Positions 39,551-54,420 of a stretch of DNA of 64,000 bases are shown here, piece by piece. Source of the stretch: Perna viridis (taxonomy: Eukaryota); NCBI GenBank assembly GCA_037379345.1, contig CM074518.1, positions 24,428,001 to 24,492,000 of the forward strand, written 5' to 3'. Numbering within the stretch: position 1 is the stretch's first letter; every line of letters begins with the position of its first letter. The translations under genes and the position numbers were made by a program. The notes under the pieces were generated by a model. The model had not been told where the DNA came from. It worked only from the letters and a program-made list of their open reading frames with translations, and did not search any database.

Positions 39551-41789
39551 GCATTACTTTATGTACAAGTACGTCAAAAGGAAGTAATTTGTAGCCCGAA
39601 TAACCTAAGCTGATGCTGACACTACTAACATAAAATCAAAATATCCCGACATCGCCACCATCAAAGATATTCAATGGAAGTCTTATCAATGCATTATATT
39701 TGCCGGTCTGAAATAAGGATATTAAACGAAGACGAAGTCCGAGGGTGCAGATCTAATGTATGGAACGGATAAATCACTTTGTCATGTTACATGTTATTAT
39801 GAAAAAAAAAAATCATTTCTATTTTGTTAAGTGATGTCAGTTGTTCGTGCTCTCTTATATGATTTATAGATCTCTTACTTTTTGGTACGGACCTGCTGGT
39901 CTATATGTGCGAAGTAAATACGATCTGCTAACTCTCTTTTAAGGAACAAGAGGTCCGTTGTGCTTTTTTACTTTAAGAAGAAATCATATCAGTAATAAAT
40001 TTTATTTTCGCCATCATGTGTAATAAAATCCGCTAAAATAAAGAAAATCAAAGACTGAAGTCTTCAAAGTCGCCAATTCAATGCTAACCGATTATTTCAG
40101 CTTTTAATGTAAACTTCCCATTGTCACACAAGCAAAAAAAACATAGACATGTGTATGTAATTTAAAAAAAATAGATATTTAAGAGGTACATTTTTGTAAC
40201 GTATGGATCTAGAACTGCATGTATGACGCTATGGCGATAAACACGACATAGACCTGCAGCATTACGTGGAGTATAAATATATAATTATGCAAATCATATG
40301 CGAATATAAAGAACTGAAATTACAAGTGCAAGAAGTCGCTAACAAAAAAGTTATAATAAATTGAAAACCGTTTCGTCAAGAAAAAATACGGTATGAAAGG
40401 TAATGAATTCAACAAAAAATAAAATATATATGTACGGTCTCCCGGTATTCCTAAGCTAAACTAAGAAAACCCACAATTAGGGATCGGGATATAGTTCAAA
40501 TATTCTAAAGCATAATTAGGTCAGTGATATTCTATTTGGAAGAATACGCTCAACAAGGCATTTATTGTCATATCCTTTACATGTATGAAAGCGACCATTT
40601 CCTGCGGTTTTGATTTTGCCAATATACACGGAAGGAAATGTAAAATAATAATGGTTTTCTAAATTTTAATACAGTCATGCACAATATACATACCACTATT
40701 GCTTTAGAAAGAATCTGGCGGCATTTTAGAAGTATTCCGTGTTACTTGTATAAATGGGGATTACGGTCTTATTGATCGATATGCACAATTAAAGACAAAT
40801 ACAAGAAGAAATCAATAAGCAACCCAGAAAACCAACAAAAAACACACAAACACAAACGCAAACACGACCATAACCCCAGTAAGTATTCGCCTCTTTTTTT
40901 TTAACATACACTGACTTACCTGTTGTCAATACATACGTAATGAAAGTGGTTGATAAAAAATGTCGTTCTAAAAGATTTGGATTGTCAAATATTCTTATCT
41001 ACATGTTTGTCTCAAATGAATCCATACAGCCGTTCAGAATCCAATGAAAACATTTTCCTTTACAGCACAGTTCTGAGCTTTTCCACAAACTTTATTATGC
41101 TTTACGACATTTGCCAGAACTTTAGGAATGCTTGTAAATATAATATTGTCGATATATTTGCATTACAATTGACTAGATTTTAACCATGAACAGTTTTATT
41201 TGGATAATGGTTACCTGGCTACAACAAAAGATGTGAGATGATTGGTTTAATCTTTAGTTTTGGTGTACTTCTGTTATATACAGGTAAATATAACGATTGC
41301 CTCGACGGACGGAGTAAAAAAAAACTGTAACAAACCCACGTGGGGTCTGTGTAAGAGACACATCTACGCAGCCGCCAGTAAAATACATCGTGACCGAGGT
41401 TATCGGTAAAGTTTTTCGAAGATTGCATAACACTGCATGCGTGTACATATACTACAAACAGAATCCCCGTAATTGGCGCTCATGAGAAATCCTAAATAGG
41501 AAATCAAAACTTTCTGCGGCTTAACCACCCGAATATCTCCTTTTTCATGTATTACATATTAGCTTAAAATACATTGTGCTGAAGTATGAAACGGGAGTTA
41601 TGTTTGCAGTGTTTATTACAAGTATTTTGAACTTGAAAAGAAAATGTGGTCGACTTCGGTTCATTAGAAATTCATTATAATTAAAAATCAAACTGATTTT
41701 TTTGGGAGATTGAACTTGCGGTAAATTAATTGTACGTTTTTTAATTTACAAAATGCATGTATTTTCGGGATTTTTTATGCAATTACTCG

Positions 41790-42115
41790 TGGATCGTTAC
41801 GGTATATCCATCTGCACCACGAGAACTGATTTGTTCAACGTGTCGTAGTTTTCTTTTCTTCTTTCGTTTACTCCGGACTTGACTTTTTATGAGCAACTCG
41901 GTTGATGTTTCTTGAAAAGCAGAGGACGCTTACCCTACCGGTGCACCTGAGCCATGCTTTCAGTTTTTAGTGGGTCCGAGTTGCTTTTGTTTCTTTGTAC
42001 GTATTATTTTGGTTATGTTATGTTCTTTGTGATGTGTATCTGTTTTTGCTGGCTGGTTTTAGTCCCTGGATAGCGTTCTTTTGATTCCCGCTAGAATCTT
42101 GGTTCTCTTGATTAC
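41790..42115 (+). mobile_element. Penelope-like element 3' fragment (related copy at 54660-55020)
   Basis: gtggatcgttacggtatatccatctgca...gcagaggacgcttaccctaccggtgcacctg shared with the 54.7 kb copy, which also carries LARSFNLTFRYID. Confidence 0.65.
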
Positions 42116-42719
42116 ACTTATATATAACAATAGTGATGATGGATGGACTTAACTGTCTATTTCGTTGACCAATTATTGTAAATATACAGGCATATCCAGG
42201 CAGGTTAAAAAAATAAATATACATCGGTGTCAACGTACTACATTTACAAACCTATCAACAACAACAAATATAAATCGAATAAAATGAAGCCCCGATTTTA
42301 GAAAAGTTAACGTGGCTAATGCTGATGATGTTAATAATTAAAAGCCTCGAGCACCACCAACATAAACGCTCAAGTTTGGTCAAATACACTGTCAAAACTG
42401 GTCTAATATCCAGGATTTCCTCTTCAAAATTAGTATTTAGATAGCAGTGATAAATCGAGTGTTCCCTGTGTAAAAATTTTGATAAATAAAATTATATAAA
42501 TTCGGTAATTTCACTCTTGGACTTTCTCTTGCCAAACCGTCAAAATATGAATATTAATTCGCCGTTCACAAAATTTGAAACAAGGTCAACAATTTCGTTA
42601 AATCTAGTCTGTCTCCGGCACTTGTGATCATATTTTTTCTTATTCAATCTTTCCAAGTATTTCAAGTAAAAAAACCAATTTATTACTTTTGCGGATCACG
42701 CAAAGGTCAAATCCTACAT

Positions 42720-43310
42720 GCCAGACGTCGTCTTCAGTGTAGCAAGCTAAATAAAGATCTATTCGTCTAAGACATTATTCCATCCCCATTATGCCGGCGA
42801 AATAGAATCAGCGAACCACTTCTTACTCTTTCGTCCATTAAATCAATCACTTAGAAGACAACATATTTCAGCATTTCAACTTCCTGATCAACTGACTACA
42901 AATCTTCTCCTATTTGGATCAGATGAGATGTCTGATGAGTATAATGTTGAAATGTTTACCAAGGTTCAAAACTTTTTGCTGCAGAGCAGACGCTTCAAAT
43001 CAACAACCTAAATTACACAATTACTAGTTTGAATAATTTTAAGAATTCCTTACGTCCAGAGTAAATACATAGGGTATTAAGTATCAACCTCTTCTCTTTG
43101 CACCAAACTCACCAAATGCACGTTATAAGCACCTAACTACTACTTCCTTGAGCAATGCTATATGCTATAATTATTATTCTTGATTTCGGGAGACGGATTG
43201 ATATAAGACTTTAAGTCTTGTTTCTGAATCCTGCAATTGTTCGATTCATTCTATTGTTTTGGTTTGATGTTAAAATGTGCAAATTAGTTAATAAATATGT
43301 TTAAACTAAG
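42720..43310 (+). mobile_element. CR1-like LINE 3' fragment
   Basis: ESANHFLL, LLLFGS..MS.E.N..MF..VQ.FL..S.RF and the shared 3' tail. Confidence 0.7.
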
Positions 43311-43353
43311 TGAAATACATTTTAAATACTTAAACATGCCAATACTTTTGTAG

Positions 43354-46300
43354 CAAGCACTTATTCACTTAAGATTAACATCAGTGGTCCGGACATTGCT
43401 CAGAGACGTAACACTTTCATGGTTAATTGTACTACTGATGTCATACCAGCAGATGAAACTGTGGAGTTTATTGTCGACGGAAAGACGGAAGACACATTAA
43501 GGAGATACGAAGGTCGGTGTTTTTCAACAAGAATTAACGGTGTATGTATGATGGAAACCTGTTTGTGCTCTGGCGATGGATTGGTGTATTCCGTAACAAT
43601 TGATGCCAATACCATGAAGGAATCATTGAATGTTACCTGCTCTATGAAGTTCTCAACTACTTCCCCTGTGTTTACACTTGATTCTATTAAAGTTCAAATA
43701 ATTGGTAAGTTTATAGAAGATTATGATAGAACCTGCCTATTATACCGAAAGTAAGGTCAAGAAAGGGTAAAGCGAAAGTAGAAATTCGAAGTCGGGGAGA
43801 AAGGTCAAGAAAACAAAGAACATGTGCAGAAAAAAAATAACACAGAAACGGCTCAGGTGCATGAGCATTGGGGCTCAACAACAAGAACAAAAAAACAACT
43901 AATTGGGAATGTGGACCAGATGCACAGGTAGATTTATTCATGTACCCTACATGTGCAAATAAATCGGTCTCAACCAAAAAGGTTAGGGCAGGGTAAACTT
44001 TGTTAGTATTAAACAGAACATCGAGTTGCTCATTTCCGGTTCCGATGTATGGGAGGAAAACTACGACAAATCTAACTATAATAGATGACATACTATATCG
44101 ATTCACAAGCATATTGCTGCGTTCGTAGACTTATCTAATTGATTTAGCTTTGTGAACCAGTTACTAATTAGCACAGTTATTGAAGCAAAGGCAACACAAC
44201 ACAACAAAACCGCTGCATGGACATGAAATATGTTTGCACTGCAACCAAGAGAAACCATCTTAAGACTTTCTAACGCAAAGTAGAAATTCGATGATAAAAA
44301 AAGACAAGATTACGTTGTCAGGTACAGAAAATAATCAAGGAGGCAAAATATTATAGGTTATTAATGACGAAGTTCAAAGATGAAATGTTTAAAATGCAGT
44401 GAGACACAACAAAGTTCATCATAATCATATACTACCACTGGAAGAAACCACACATAAAACTTGGCTGCGTTTATGAAGAAAGGGGCAGTTTTGCATTCTA
44501 TTCTAGTATCGTGATTGAGTGCTACTCTTGTAAAACATTAAACCTGTGGAACATAGATAATCGTCCTGAATCTTTGAAATATATATTTTTTTAAATGATA
44601 CCCCTATTCCGCTAACATTTGCCTCAATATATACGAAAATTATCATTCATACCATACACAAACTGTAAATAATACTCGTTATGCATTTATGACAAATATG
44701 TATATAATATTTCTTCCTTGACAAGATTACGTCCTCAACAGGTAGAGAAACTTATCAAGGAGGCAAAAGATCAAATACTATAGATTATTAATGACAAAGT
44801 TCAAAGATGAAATATTCGAAACGCAGTCCGACACAACAAAGGGTGTATCACATACTACCACCTGACGAAATCACAAATAAAACTTTGCAGCGTTTACGAA
44901 GAAAGAGGCAGTTTTGCATTTAATTCTTTTCTAGTATAGTGATTTAGTGGTACTCTTGTAAAATATTAAACTTGTGGAGCATTGACAATCGCACTGAATC
45001 TTTGAAAACACATATATTTTTTAATGATTGCCTCTCGTATTTATATTTATGTCCTTGGACATTAAAAAAATATAGCATTCTAGCGTTCTAATTAGACAAA
45101 CTGATGAATGTTTGAACAAATTCAACGTCATTTGGTGAAAGAATGGTACCCCTATCACCCTATCCGCTAAACTTCGCCCAATATAAACGAAATTTATCTT
45201 TCATACCATACATAAAGTGTAATAATACTCTGTGCATTTATGACGAATATATATATATATATAATATTTCTTCCTGGACATGTGCTAACTCCACTTTCTG
45301 GTCACAATGATCATAAAATAATATAACAGACAGGGAAATGTTCAGGATTTTCCATATTTTAACCATTTTGTCAGTGATTTTTTTTCCATTATCATCGCTT
45401 TAACATAATTGTTTGTGCTAACGTTCGTATTGATAGTCTTTTAGATTACAGTAAACACATATGATGAATGATTGACATACATGTACCTATACGTCATTTA
45501 GACAGAGAAATGTTGCGACTGTCCCAGTTTAATTGTGAATTTTCATGGAAAAATTTTTTTTTTGTTTTAAGAGCAAATATAAAGTGAATAACTCATACAA
45601 TGGTAAGATTTCTTTGTTGGTTTTTTTTAAACGTCAGTAGCAGTGCATTTAGGAAATTAAACTTTAGTTATAAGACACAAAATGTTTATGAACTTTTAAA
45701 AATACCAATTTATAATTGTCGTTCAATTATTAAATACTTTCCATTAAAAGACTTATCTTATGGTTGTTATAACATTATGATTAGAGATAAAAGTTCCTCA
45801 TTAATTCATAAAGCTTACACCGGCTTCTCTATTGGCTAAATGAAAAAAAAATGGTTATAATTTCCTTGAAACCCGTGGATCTTATGTGGTAGGTTAGGAT
45901 TGTTCACCGGATAGGGGTATAACTAAGTCAATCATTCATAATAGCCGCTTTTTTAAACCTTTAAGGCTATCTAAACAATGATAGCAAACATATCGTATGA
46001 TGATATAACAGTTACTGTAATTACTATTCATTCTTAAAAGGAATGATAATCCGTAAATCTGAAATTTCCCTTTTTTAATCTTGTCGTTTCATGGGATATT
46101 CAAGCAGTGACATTAAGGATATATGCTATAATTTATACATAAATATTTTCATTAAAAATGCCAGAAAGCATAATGTTCAGTTTTGACATGCTATAAATGA
46201 TAGACAAATTGAGGCAAATTTTAGCGTGGAAGGCGAACAATTCTTTCATTTAAATGACCTTGAAGTAGTTCAAGTGTTCATTATTTTGACTCATTAGAAT

Positions 46301-49300
46301 TTAAGATACTAAATAAATGCACAAAAACTTGTTTAAGGTACAGTTATTACACATGAAATAAAAGAAAGTCTGAAATTCTGAAAATTCCCCGCCTTTAAGA
46401 TAAAGTCAATATTGCCACATTCTGTGAATTAACTTTGCATTAAGCGCTTGGAATGAGCAGATATATTGGATTTATCTATATCTAAAATATAAGTGTCCCA
46501 AATTTTTGTTTACAGTGATCATATGCTAAAAATTAGCATTTTGGTTCATGTTGAGGTGATTTCAGTGGTAGGGGCGGCAATTCTTCACCTAAATGGAGGT
46601 ATATTAGTTCAAATATTTACAATTTGGGCTAATTTAAAAGCTAAAATTTTAAAGTCTTTAAAGGTATAGGAGAGATGAGTTGTTTGGCTACATTATAATA
46701 CCTATATGAAGTTGATGAGGCGTGATGCACAGTGGACCCTCCAAGCCAATGGACCTTAGAATGTGTATAGATAATGGCAAAAAAGGAAAGGGTTATTTTA
46801 TTTGGTCATTCAGTCAAAGAATAGGAGACAGCTACGCGTTTTTCTGTCTGGATAATATAATTAGTCGTCGATTGGCCTTTTGGTGAAAAAAAACATTTTA
46901 CCCAACTGCCCATTTCCATATTTTTTGTACTCCGTTGAATTAGTAGGTTTGATTGCGGAAGCAGTTGCCTAAATTCATATTTTGGTTTTTAGGATTACAT
47001 TGTATTTGATAAATTGTGATTTCTTGATAAAATTCGCATTATGTTTGTTATTAATTTCAATCTAGTACAATTTTAATGTGTTTAGTAAGCACAGTTTTTT
47101 AAAGAAATTAATCTCAAACTATGCAGTTTGTATATCATGTACAGTACATATTTGTAACATCTATTTTGTACATGTTTTCACAGACATTTACATGTACATA
47201 AAATGCTTACTTTCAATTAATCAGTGTGTTTTCGATAGACACATTAAATTAAAATTGAAACATTTAAAACAAAATCACACAAAAAACCTATAGAATCTTC
47301 AGTTTTACACTTTGATAAATGAATAAAGAATAAAGATATGACTCGAGAATTAGAGATACAAAAGTCTGCATGATCTCTGTTTCTTTAAGTTATTATAAAT
47401 GTTGAACATTTTAGATATTTTGTCAACTGAAGGGACTCTTGCCCTGAATAGCTCTTATTTTCGTGAAAAGATGACCTACCCTGATAATCAAGGTAAGGAT
47501 AATATTCTGATAAAGAGGCTCATTGGATCAATATTGAAGAATACCAGTGGATATTGTCCAGAGTATCATTTTAGTTTGCACAAACTTGCTAGAAACAAGA
47601 AATCTGTGAGCCTCTAGTGAAATAGCTATACTCAACAACTAGAGTATATACATCAAACGCGAAGTTGATGAGATACAAGCCGGAAACCGAAACTACAGAT
47701 GACAAGGCATGCCTATATAAATCTTGAATTGAAATATTAATTATTATTAGTCCATATAAAATTCAGACACTGCCAATGGTAAAGAGATACATGATGTAAA
47801 AAACCCACAGAACAAACGATGCTTTTCAGACTGCATTAACTTTATTTTTATATACAGATTATCGTTTTGTTTTGTATTCTCATCTGTATTTTTGAGAGAA
47901 TCATGCATTCATCTCGCACTAAAACGAACCAAATCAACTAAAATCAGGAGTGATAATTCATGCACAGTGACAATTTCATGTTTCATGTACAATCTATATA
48001 ATTTTTTTTTCTCAAAGCGCTGCAACCAAATGATCATGAAAAACTAAGAGTGATTATGTGATGAGTGACTGTCTCTGAACAATAAATAAAAGTGATTTTT
48101 TTGTTGTTGTTTTGTTTTGTTTTGTTTTTTTTTTTGACATACATGAATCACCTAGTGTCTCATTTTTATAGAAACCGCTACTTTAGTAGATAAAGAGGAA
48201 AGGCTGTTATGAAACAATTCACAACCTCGCACACCAATTAATACAGCATGTCAAAATATCAAGTTGCTGTGAGCAGTAGTTAATAAAATTACACTGTTAC
48301 GAAAAAAAAAGATGACGAGTGTACAGAAAGACATTGACGGATAAGGGTAAAATGGTATTTGAGTATCTCTTTCTTGTGATTAGCGAAGATAAATCGAGCT
48401 GCAGACAAATCTCACACGTATATGTACTCTACAATGATGGTCTGGTCCAAAAATGTTCCATTAACTAAAACTATGGAAATTTTACCAAATGTAAATGTTG
48501 ACGGTTCTTGGTTCAAATATAGTTGTTTCACTTTAATATTGTCTGTTTTGTTTTCTTCGTAGAAACATCGTTCTCTAAAAATACCACATTACGAAATGAT
48601 GTTCCAATTAATAAAGAAGCAGGAGTTAAAGGTTTGTAATGGGTAGTCTACGTCTGATTTTATTCAAGGCGATTTCGAAAATGAGTATTATTCTTCTTTT
48701 GAATAATCTAAATACAAGATGGTATACAGCACATAGACAATATATAAATTACACAGACTTTGAAGAAAGAATTTGTGTATGCCTACTTTGTATTTTGACA
48801 TACCTTTTCAATTTTGATGTTATTCTTCCCTCTCCAACATGCAGCTGCATTTTGCTTTTATAATATTTTCAGGTTCCGAAAGTTTTGTAAATGCATATAC
48901 TATTGGAAGTCTTACTGTTGGAGTGTTTTTGCTTCTATTGATAAGTATCCTTGCGATCTCTGCCTACAAAAAACTTGTTTGTGAGATACACTCTTCAGGG
49001 AAAGAAACTAGCAGTCAAAACAAAGAAACGGATAATAAAGCGATAAATGACACGACAGAAAATACCGACACATATTCGCAATATGAATCAATAGATGAGA
49101 GGGAATTGATTGAAAACACGGACAATATACAAAGAAACCAGAACAACACGAACAGATCCGAATTGGTGCAACCTGCTTTCCAACCTGAAGCAGTATATTT
49201 AGATGTTTTGGATGATACGGAGTACGAAAGGCAACATGATATTTCCGATTTAAACAATATCAACCAGGGATATGAAATTCCGCTTTCAGATAAGCAAAAC

Positions 49301-49387
49301 CGTTTTTCTGTGTCCATTCAGAAAGAAAGTACTTTAAGGTATAAGAATAACACTGAATTGAAAAACCAATTTTCAATCTTCTTGTGA
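43354..49387 (+). CDS. Single-pass Ig-like-domain membrane protein; exons 43354-43704, 48563-48631, 48873-49387 (signal-peptide exon not located)
   Basis: All junctions phase 1 with GT-AG; Cys-rich Ig-like exon (VNCT...LNVTCSMKF); TM IGSLTVGVFLLLLISILAISAY; Tyr-rich tail. Confidence 0.7.
44302..45280. repeat. Tandem duplication, two diverged copies (44302-44719, 44720-45280)
   Basis: gacaagattacgt...aaggaggcaaaa...ggcagttttgcatt...catacca...taatatttcttcct present twice; second copy longer. Confidence 0.8.
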
Positions 49388-50149
49388 CGAGCATGAATTG
49401 GTGGTTTAGTTGAAAGTAGCTTGAACTACAACAAACAGAATTTTATTTTATCCATATTACAACCCTAAAATTAATGTAAATATAATAGCATTTTTTTTCT
49501 ATTTTAGAATATTGAAAATGCACAGTGCTGTACCTTGATGTTTGAGCAATATTTTGGTAACTGAATCTTTAATTTTATTGCAGTGTTCTAGATGTTCATA
49601 AAAAGTCGTATCGCGAAATGGCTCTGGAATCATATTGATATTTTCCATTCAACACATGCTGTCTAGAATAAAGTCATTCGAGAAGAGTGCATGTTATTGT
49701 TACGGCATAATCGAGTATGACTAAATGATGTCACTATCTTCTTGACATATCGGGTTGTTTGTTTGTCCACTTGTTCTTTCGGGAATTAATATAGCATTAC
49801 ATGTTTTAATTAAGGAATGAATTGTAAAAACTAGATAAGAATCCGAGTTTTCAAGTCAAAGACAACAGTCTAGACAAGCAAAGGAAAAAAATAGGAGAGT
49901 CAGCTTTCTGCACCGAGGTGTTGTTGGTTTTTGAAACCATTTCTTCTATTTTTGGGTCTTAACCTAACCTCTCTCTGCAAAGAAGTGCTGAAAGGGACTA
50001 CTACGAAAAGCATAGTGTTATGTATAGTAAATAGGCAGCGATTATGAGGCCTGATCAACACTGAGATTCATGATTGAATCTTTACAACAACAATAAAATA
50101 GCTGATGCTTTAAATTTGTGGTCTGTTAACTTATACTTTCTCATATATC

Positions 50150-50800
50150 TATTATTATTTGTATTCCTATAATCCCCTAGTGGGGCAAATGGCATCCACA
50201 TCGTATTCTTTGTTGTTCTCGTATAGCCCTTGAATGGTATTTACTTTTTTGTGAAGAATACCAAAATAACACAGTTTCTTACTGAGAGTCTGTCTATTAA
50301 CCATATCAAATGCCTTCTTGAAATCAACAAATGTAATTTATTCTGTTATTCTATTGGTTGTACGTTGATGTTGCGTAGTGTGCCCATTTGGTCTGTGCAT
50401 GATCTGCCTCACCGGAACCCTGCTTGCTCATCACTTGCTCATCACTTGCTCATTTGATACGTTCCAATATTACACCGGCTAATATTTTACTTGGTATGGA
50501 AAGTAACTAAATTCCCCTCCAATTCTGACATTGCCCAGTCTTTGGTAGTTTGATGATGTATCCTCTTTTTCTCATATGATTTCAAATAAATCTTTCAGAT
50601 TATCATGTGTGATTCTAAGTAAATCGTCAAGACCTCAGGTGGAATGTGATCTGGTCCTGGGGATTTTCCATCTCTTATCATTCTCAAAGCCTTTATAATC
50701 GCGTCTTTTGTAATACGATCTGTTTCAGTATCAAGTTTTTCTGCAGGTGAAAAGTCAGGAGTGTCGGGTATTTGCTTTCCATTCAGTAGTTCGGCAAAAT
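50150..50800 (-). mobile_element. RTE-like LINE RT remnant
   Basis: I..AL..I.DGKSPGPD.IPPE.L and a QAGFR motif. Confidence 0.65.
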
Positions 50801-51459
50801 GCTCCTTCTCTAATTGTTGTTCTAATATTGTTATAATGCTCAAAAAATAAATCATGCGTGGCATATAAATATTTGAAGAATTTGTTCAGAAACGAATTGA
50901 GAAGTTCAAATGATGAAATGGTAATAAGACAATGAAAAGTCTGTAGACGTCGATCAACAAATAACATGGTAAATTATAAATGGCCGTAGAGGTAAAAGGA
51001 CGAATGCCATTACACTAAAATCGAAAAAGAATGTGATAAGAGAATCCGACAAGGTATGTGAAGACTTAATTAAACATATTGAACACATTGCACAAATCAA
51101 AGGAGTAGAGGTCAATGACAGGAACAATGAGTGGCTACGGAATGTGCATAATATTGCACAAGAGGGTGAAGATAGAATATGTTCAGGGAGCGATGAACTA
51201 AAAGGTTAATAAACAGTCTACCAAAAGTAACAGCGTGTCATCATCATCTTCCGGTACGGAAGTAGACTCCGCTAGGAGTGTGGAACCTCCCGGAACTTGC
51301 CGTGGTATATACATAAAAATGGGGTCGAAAATTTAACGTTAAAAAACAAGTTCGCAATTCATTACATTAATATTAAAATACATAACAAATAAGTTGAACA
51401 TATTTACATTATGTATAGTGGTTAGGGTTGTTTTATTTTATTATTTAGCTAGATAACGT

Positions 51460-52785
51460 CCTTCAAATGTTAAAGTGAGATTCCACTTTTGAAGGACTCT
51501 AGGGAAGGTGACATACAAATAGTTTCTTGGAGATTATTCCAATCTGTTATAGTGTTTGGGTAGAAGGAATACCTATAGAAATCTTTGTTAGTATAAACTT
51601 GCCTAAATTTATGTTGGCCTCTAGTGCGCCTATCTGATTGTATGAGCATATCATTTGTAACTTCCACTAACCCCCAATTTATCTTATAAAGTAAAACAAA
51701 CCTGGCTTTTGTTCTGCGAGATTGAAGACTCTCATAATGAGAGTGTTTATCATGCCAGTCACTGCACCTGGTGTTTTATTTGTGTAGTCATTGAAGACAT
51801 ACCTTACGGTATTTCTCTGAATCTGCTCAAGTTGGATAATTTGGTTTTGTTTATATGGATCCCAAACTGGCGAGGAGTACTGTACGATCGGACGCACAAG
51901 TGATGTGTACGTAAGGCTTTTAATGTGTGCAGTGTTTCATATTTCTACGTAAAAAGCCTAAGGTTTTATTGGCTTTCGCCGTTATATTTTTAATATGTGG
52001 ACATCAGTCGAGATCACTACTTAAAGTGACACCTAGATATTTGCTGTCTGGTACAATCTCAAGTATGTGGTTATGCAGTTTATGTTGAAATGAATTTAGT
52101 TTAGCTTTTTTAGAAATATTTATCTGGATTAAATTTCCTGTGCTATTCTGATTCCCACAGTTCAAGATTTGTGAGATACTTTTGTAATTCATTAGATTAA
52201 CTTATTTTATTTGTTATCCTGTAAAATAAACAGTCGTCAGCAAAAAGACGAGCTTTACTGGATGCATGCTGTGGCAGATCGTTAGTAAATAATATAAATA
52301 GGGTAGGGCCAAATACGGTACCCTGTGGGACACCTGAATCTACAGATAATTTAGAAGATTGAATGTCGTTTAAGATGACCTGTTGTTGTCTGTTTGATAT
52401 TTTTTTTTATCCAATGAAGATTATTATTTCTAATTCCATAATGGTTTAGTTTGTTTATTAATCTTTCATGCGGCACTTTATCATAGGCCTTTGAGAAATC
52501 TAAACGAACTGCATCTACTTGGTTGCCTTCTGATAATGATTTGGCTATATCCTGAACACAAGTAATTAGTTGCGTTTAGCACGAGCGTTTACTTCTAAAG
52601 CCATGTTGACAATCACTTAAAATATTATTTATGTCTAGATGTTTCCTGATGTTACATGTACTTGTTAATACATGTTCAAGGATCTTATAACAAATAGCTG
52701 TTAAAGATACAGGCCTGTAGTTTATAGCGTTATGTTTGTCACCCTTTTTAAAAATATGTACTACACTAGCCTGTTTCCAGTATTA
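51460..52785 (-). mobile_element. LINE RT remnant
   Basis: SGVPQGTVFGP...NDLP, RLFADD, KYLGVTL, VRP.VQY.S.VWDP, SFYP.TI.DWN.L. Confidence 0.85.
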
Positions 52786-52789
52786 ACAT

Positions 52790-54420
52790 ATTTGTGCAAC
52801 CTTCCATAAAATGCATAAAACCAATGATTCCTTTGTACGAGAGTGGCAATAAACCAAAGAACAATATTGAATTATACCGTGGCATATCACTTATACTATG
52901 TATATGCAAACTTGAAAAACTGGTTGACTTTAGATTGAACGAACACCTTTATAATTTTCTTAATGTACAACAAATAGCATACCAGATACATTTAAGTAGC
53001 CTATATGTGTCCTCCATAATCAAAAGGCTGTACAGCAGTAAAAAGAACGTCATTCCGACGTCAGTGTCACCTTTTGTAATAGTATCAGGCGTTTGGCACT
53101 GTTGATAACGGCAGTTTTAACGTCAAACACAATAAATTGTGAATCGGTGGCAAATTATAGATGCTAATAGATTAAAAGTATGATTCCTTGTATAGTTGTA
53201 TTAGTTATAACATCCAGAAAATGTCATCTCGAAAGAGGAGTTAGACATGGTAGTGCATGTCAAGCTTTATCTCATCTACCTAAATGATTTGACGAACTAT
53301 CACAAACTGCCAAAACAGCAGTGATTTTTTACCTACAGTTTGGTAGTCCGGTGCAAGCTGAAACCCAAATTATGAAAAATATGTATTACGATTACAGTGA
53401 GAAGTGGACATTCGAATTCTGGCAATGCAAACGTTTAGTCCTAAATTTCTGCTCAAAACAAAGTAGTGTTACACCTGAACTGAGTCTTAATCAATCACTC
53501 ATTCACGTTGACAGTACGAAACATGTCGGCATTATTCTACATAATAAGTTCTACTCAATTGAGAAAAAAAATGTTTTAGCATGTTGGACGATATGTTCAG
53601 TTTGCATATCAGTCATTAAACTAGATATTCATCCGTCTTTACTTGATCCAGTTACATGCAGCACATTACTGCTTCAACTATGCTTCAGTAAATATTTATA
53701 TGGCTGTGAACTGTGGAACAATTTAACTAGCCATGAGATGATAGTATAAGAACAGACTATTTGGTATGTGTGTAAATACATTCAGTGTCTACCAAAACTA
53801 ACCAGAACTGACATATGCACATCATTCCGTGGATTGTAATCGGTCCAGCGTGTTATTGAAGAGAAAAAATCTTTTTTCTTTTTGGACGCATATGCAGTAT
53901 GGCCCCACACCACTTACAGAAAAAATACTTTTCTACTTAAACTGTTACTAAATCGCCAAAAAATGGACAACACATTTCTTCGACCTTGTACCTGATATCG
54001 TAAATATCCTTAAAGAATATGAACTACTGAGTTCCATGGTGAACTTCTGATAACATGCGAATTTCCTCGTGTGTGGAAAAAAACGTGTAAATAAAATTGA
54101 AGACGTGTGCCTAAAAGAAATATTTAACAACGATATAACATATTCTTATTTTAAAGATGACAGCTTTCGGTATCATAACAGCCAAATGTATAGTTGCATT
54201 GTGTGTTTAAATATAAACGGATGATCAAGGCATTCAGCTTTGTCACAAATGCGGGGTTTTCTATGGCACTATTGTGGTTTACACATAACACATTGCTCTT
54301 CTTTAACGTCCACGAGGGATATTTCTGGATAGACCTTATTAATGTTGCCCATTTCGAGTTTAATGCGACATTGCACCAAATTGGATACACCAAAATGACA
54401 CTAACGCTTTTGTCTTGATA
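52790..54420 (+). mobile_element. Second, oppositely oriented LINE RT remnant
   Basis: IPLY..G.K......YRGISL, KHVGI, LYGCELW; many stops. Confidence 0.7.
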
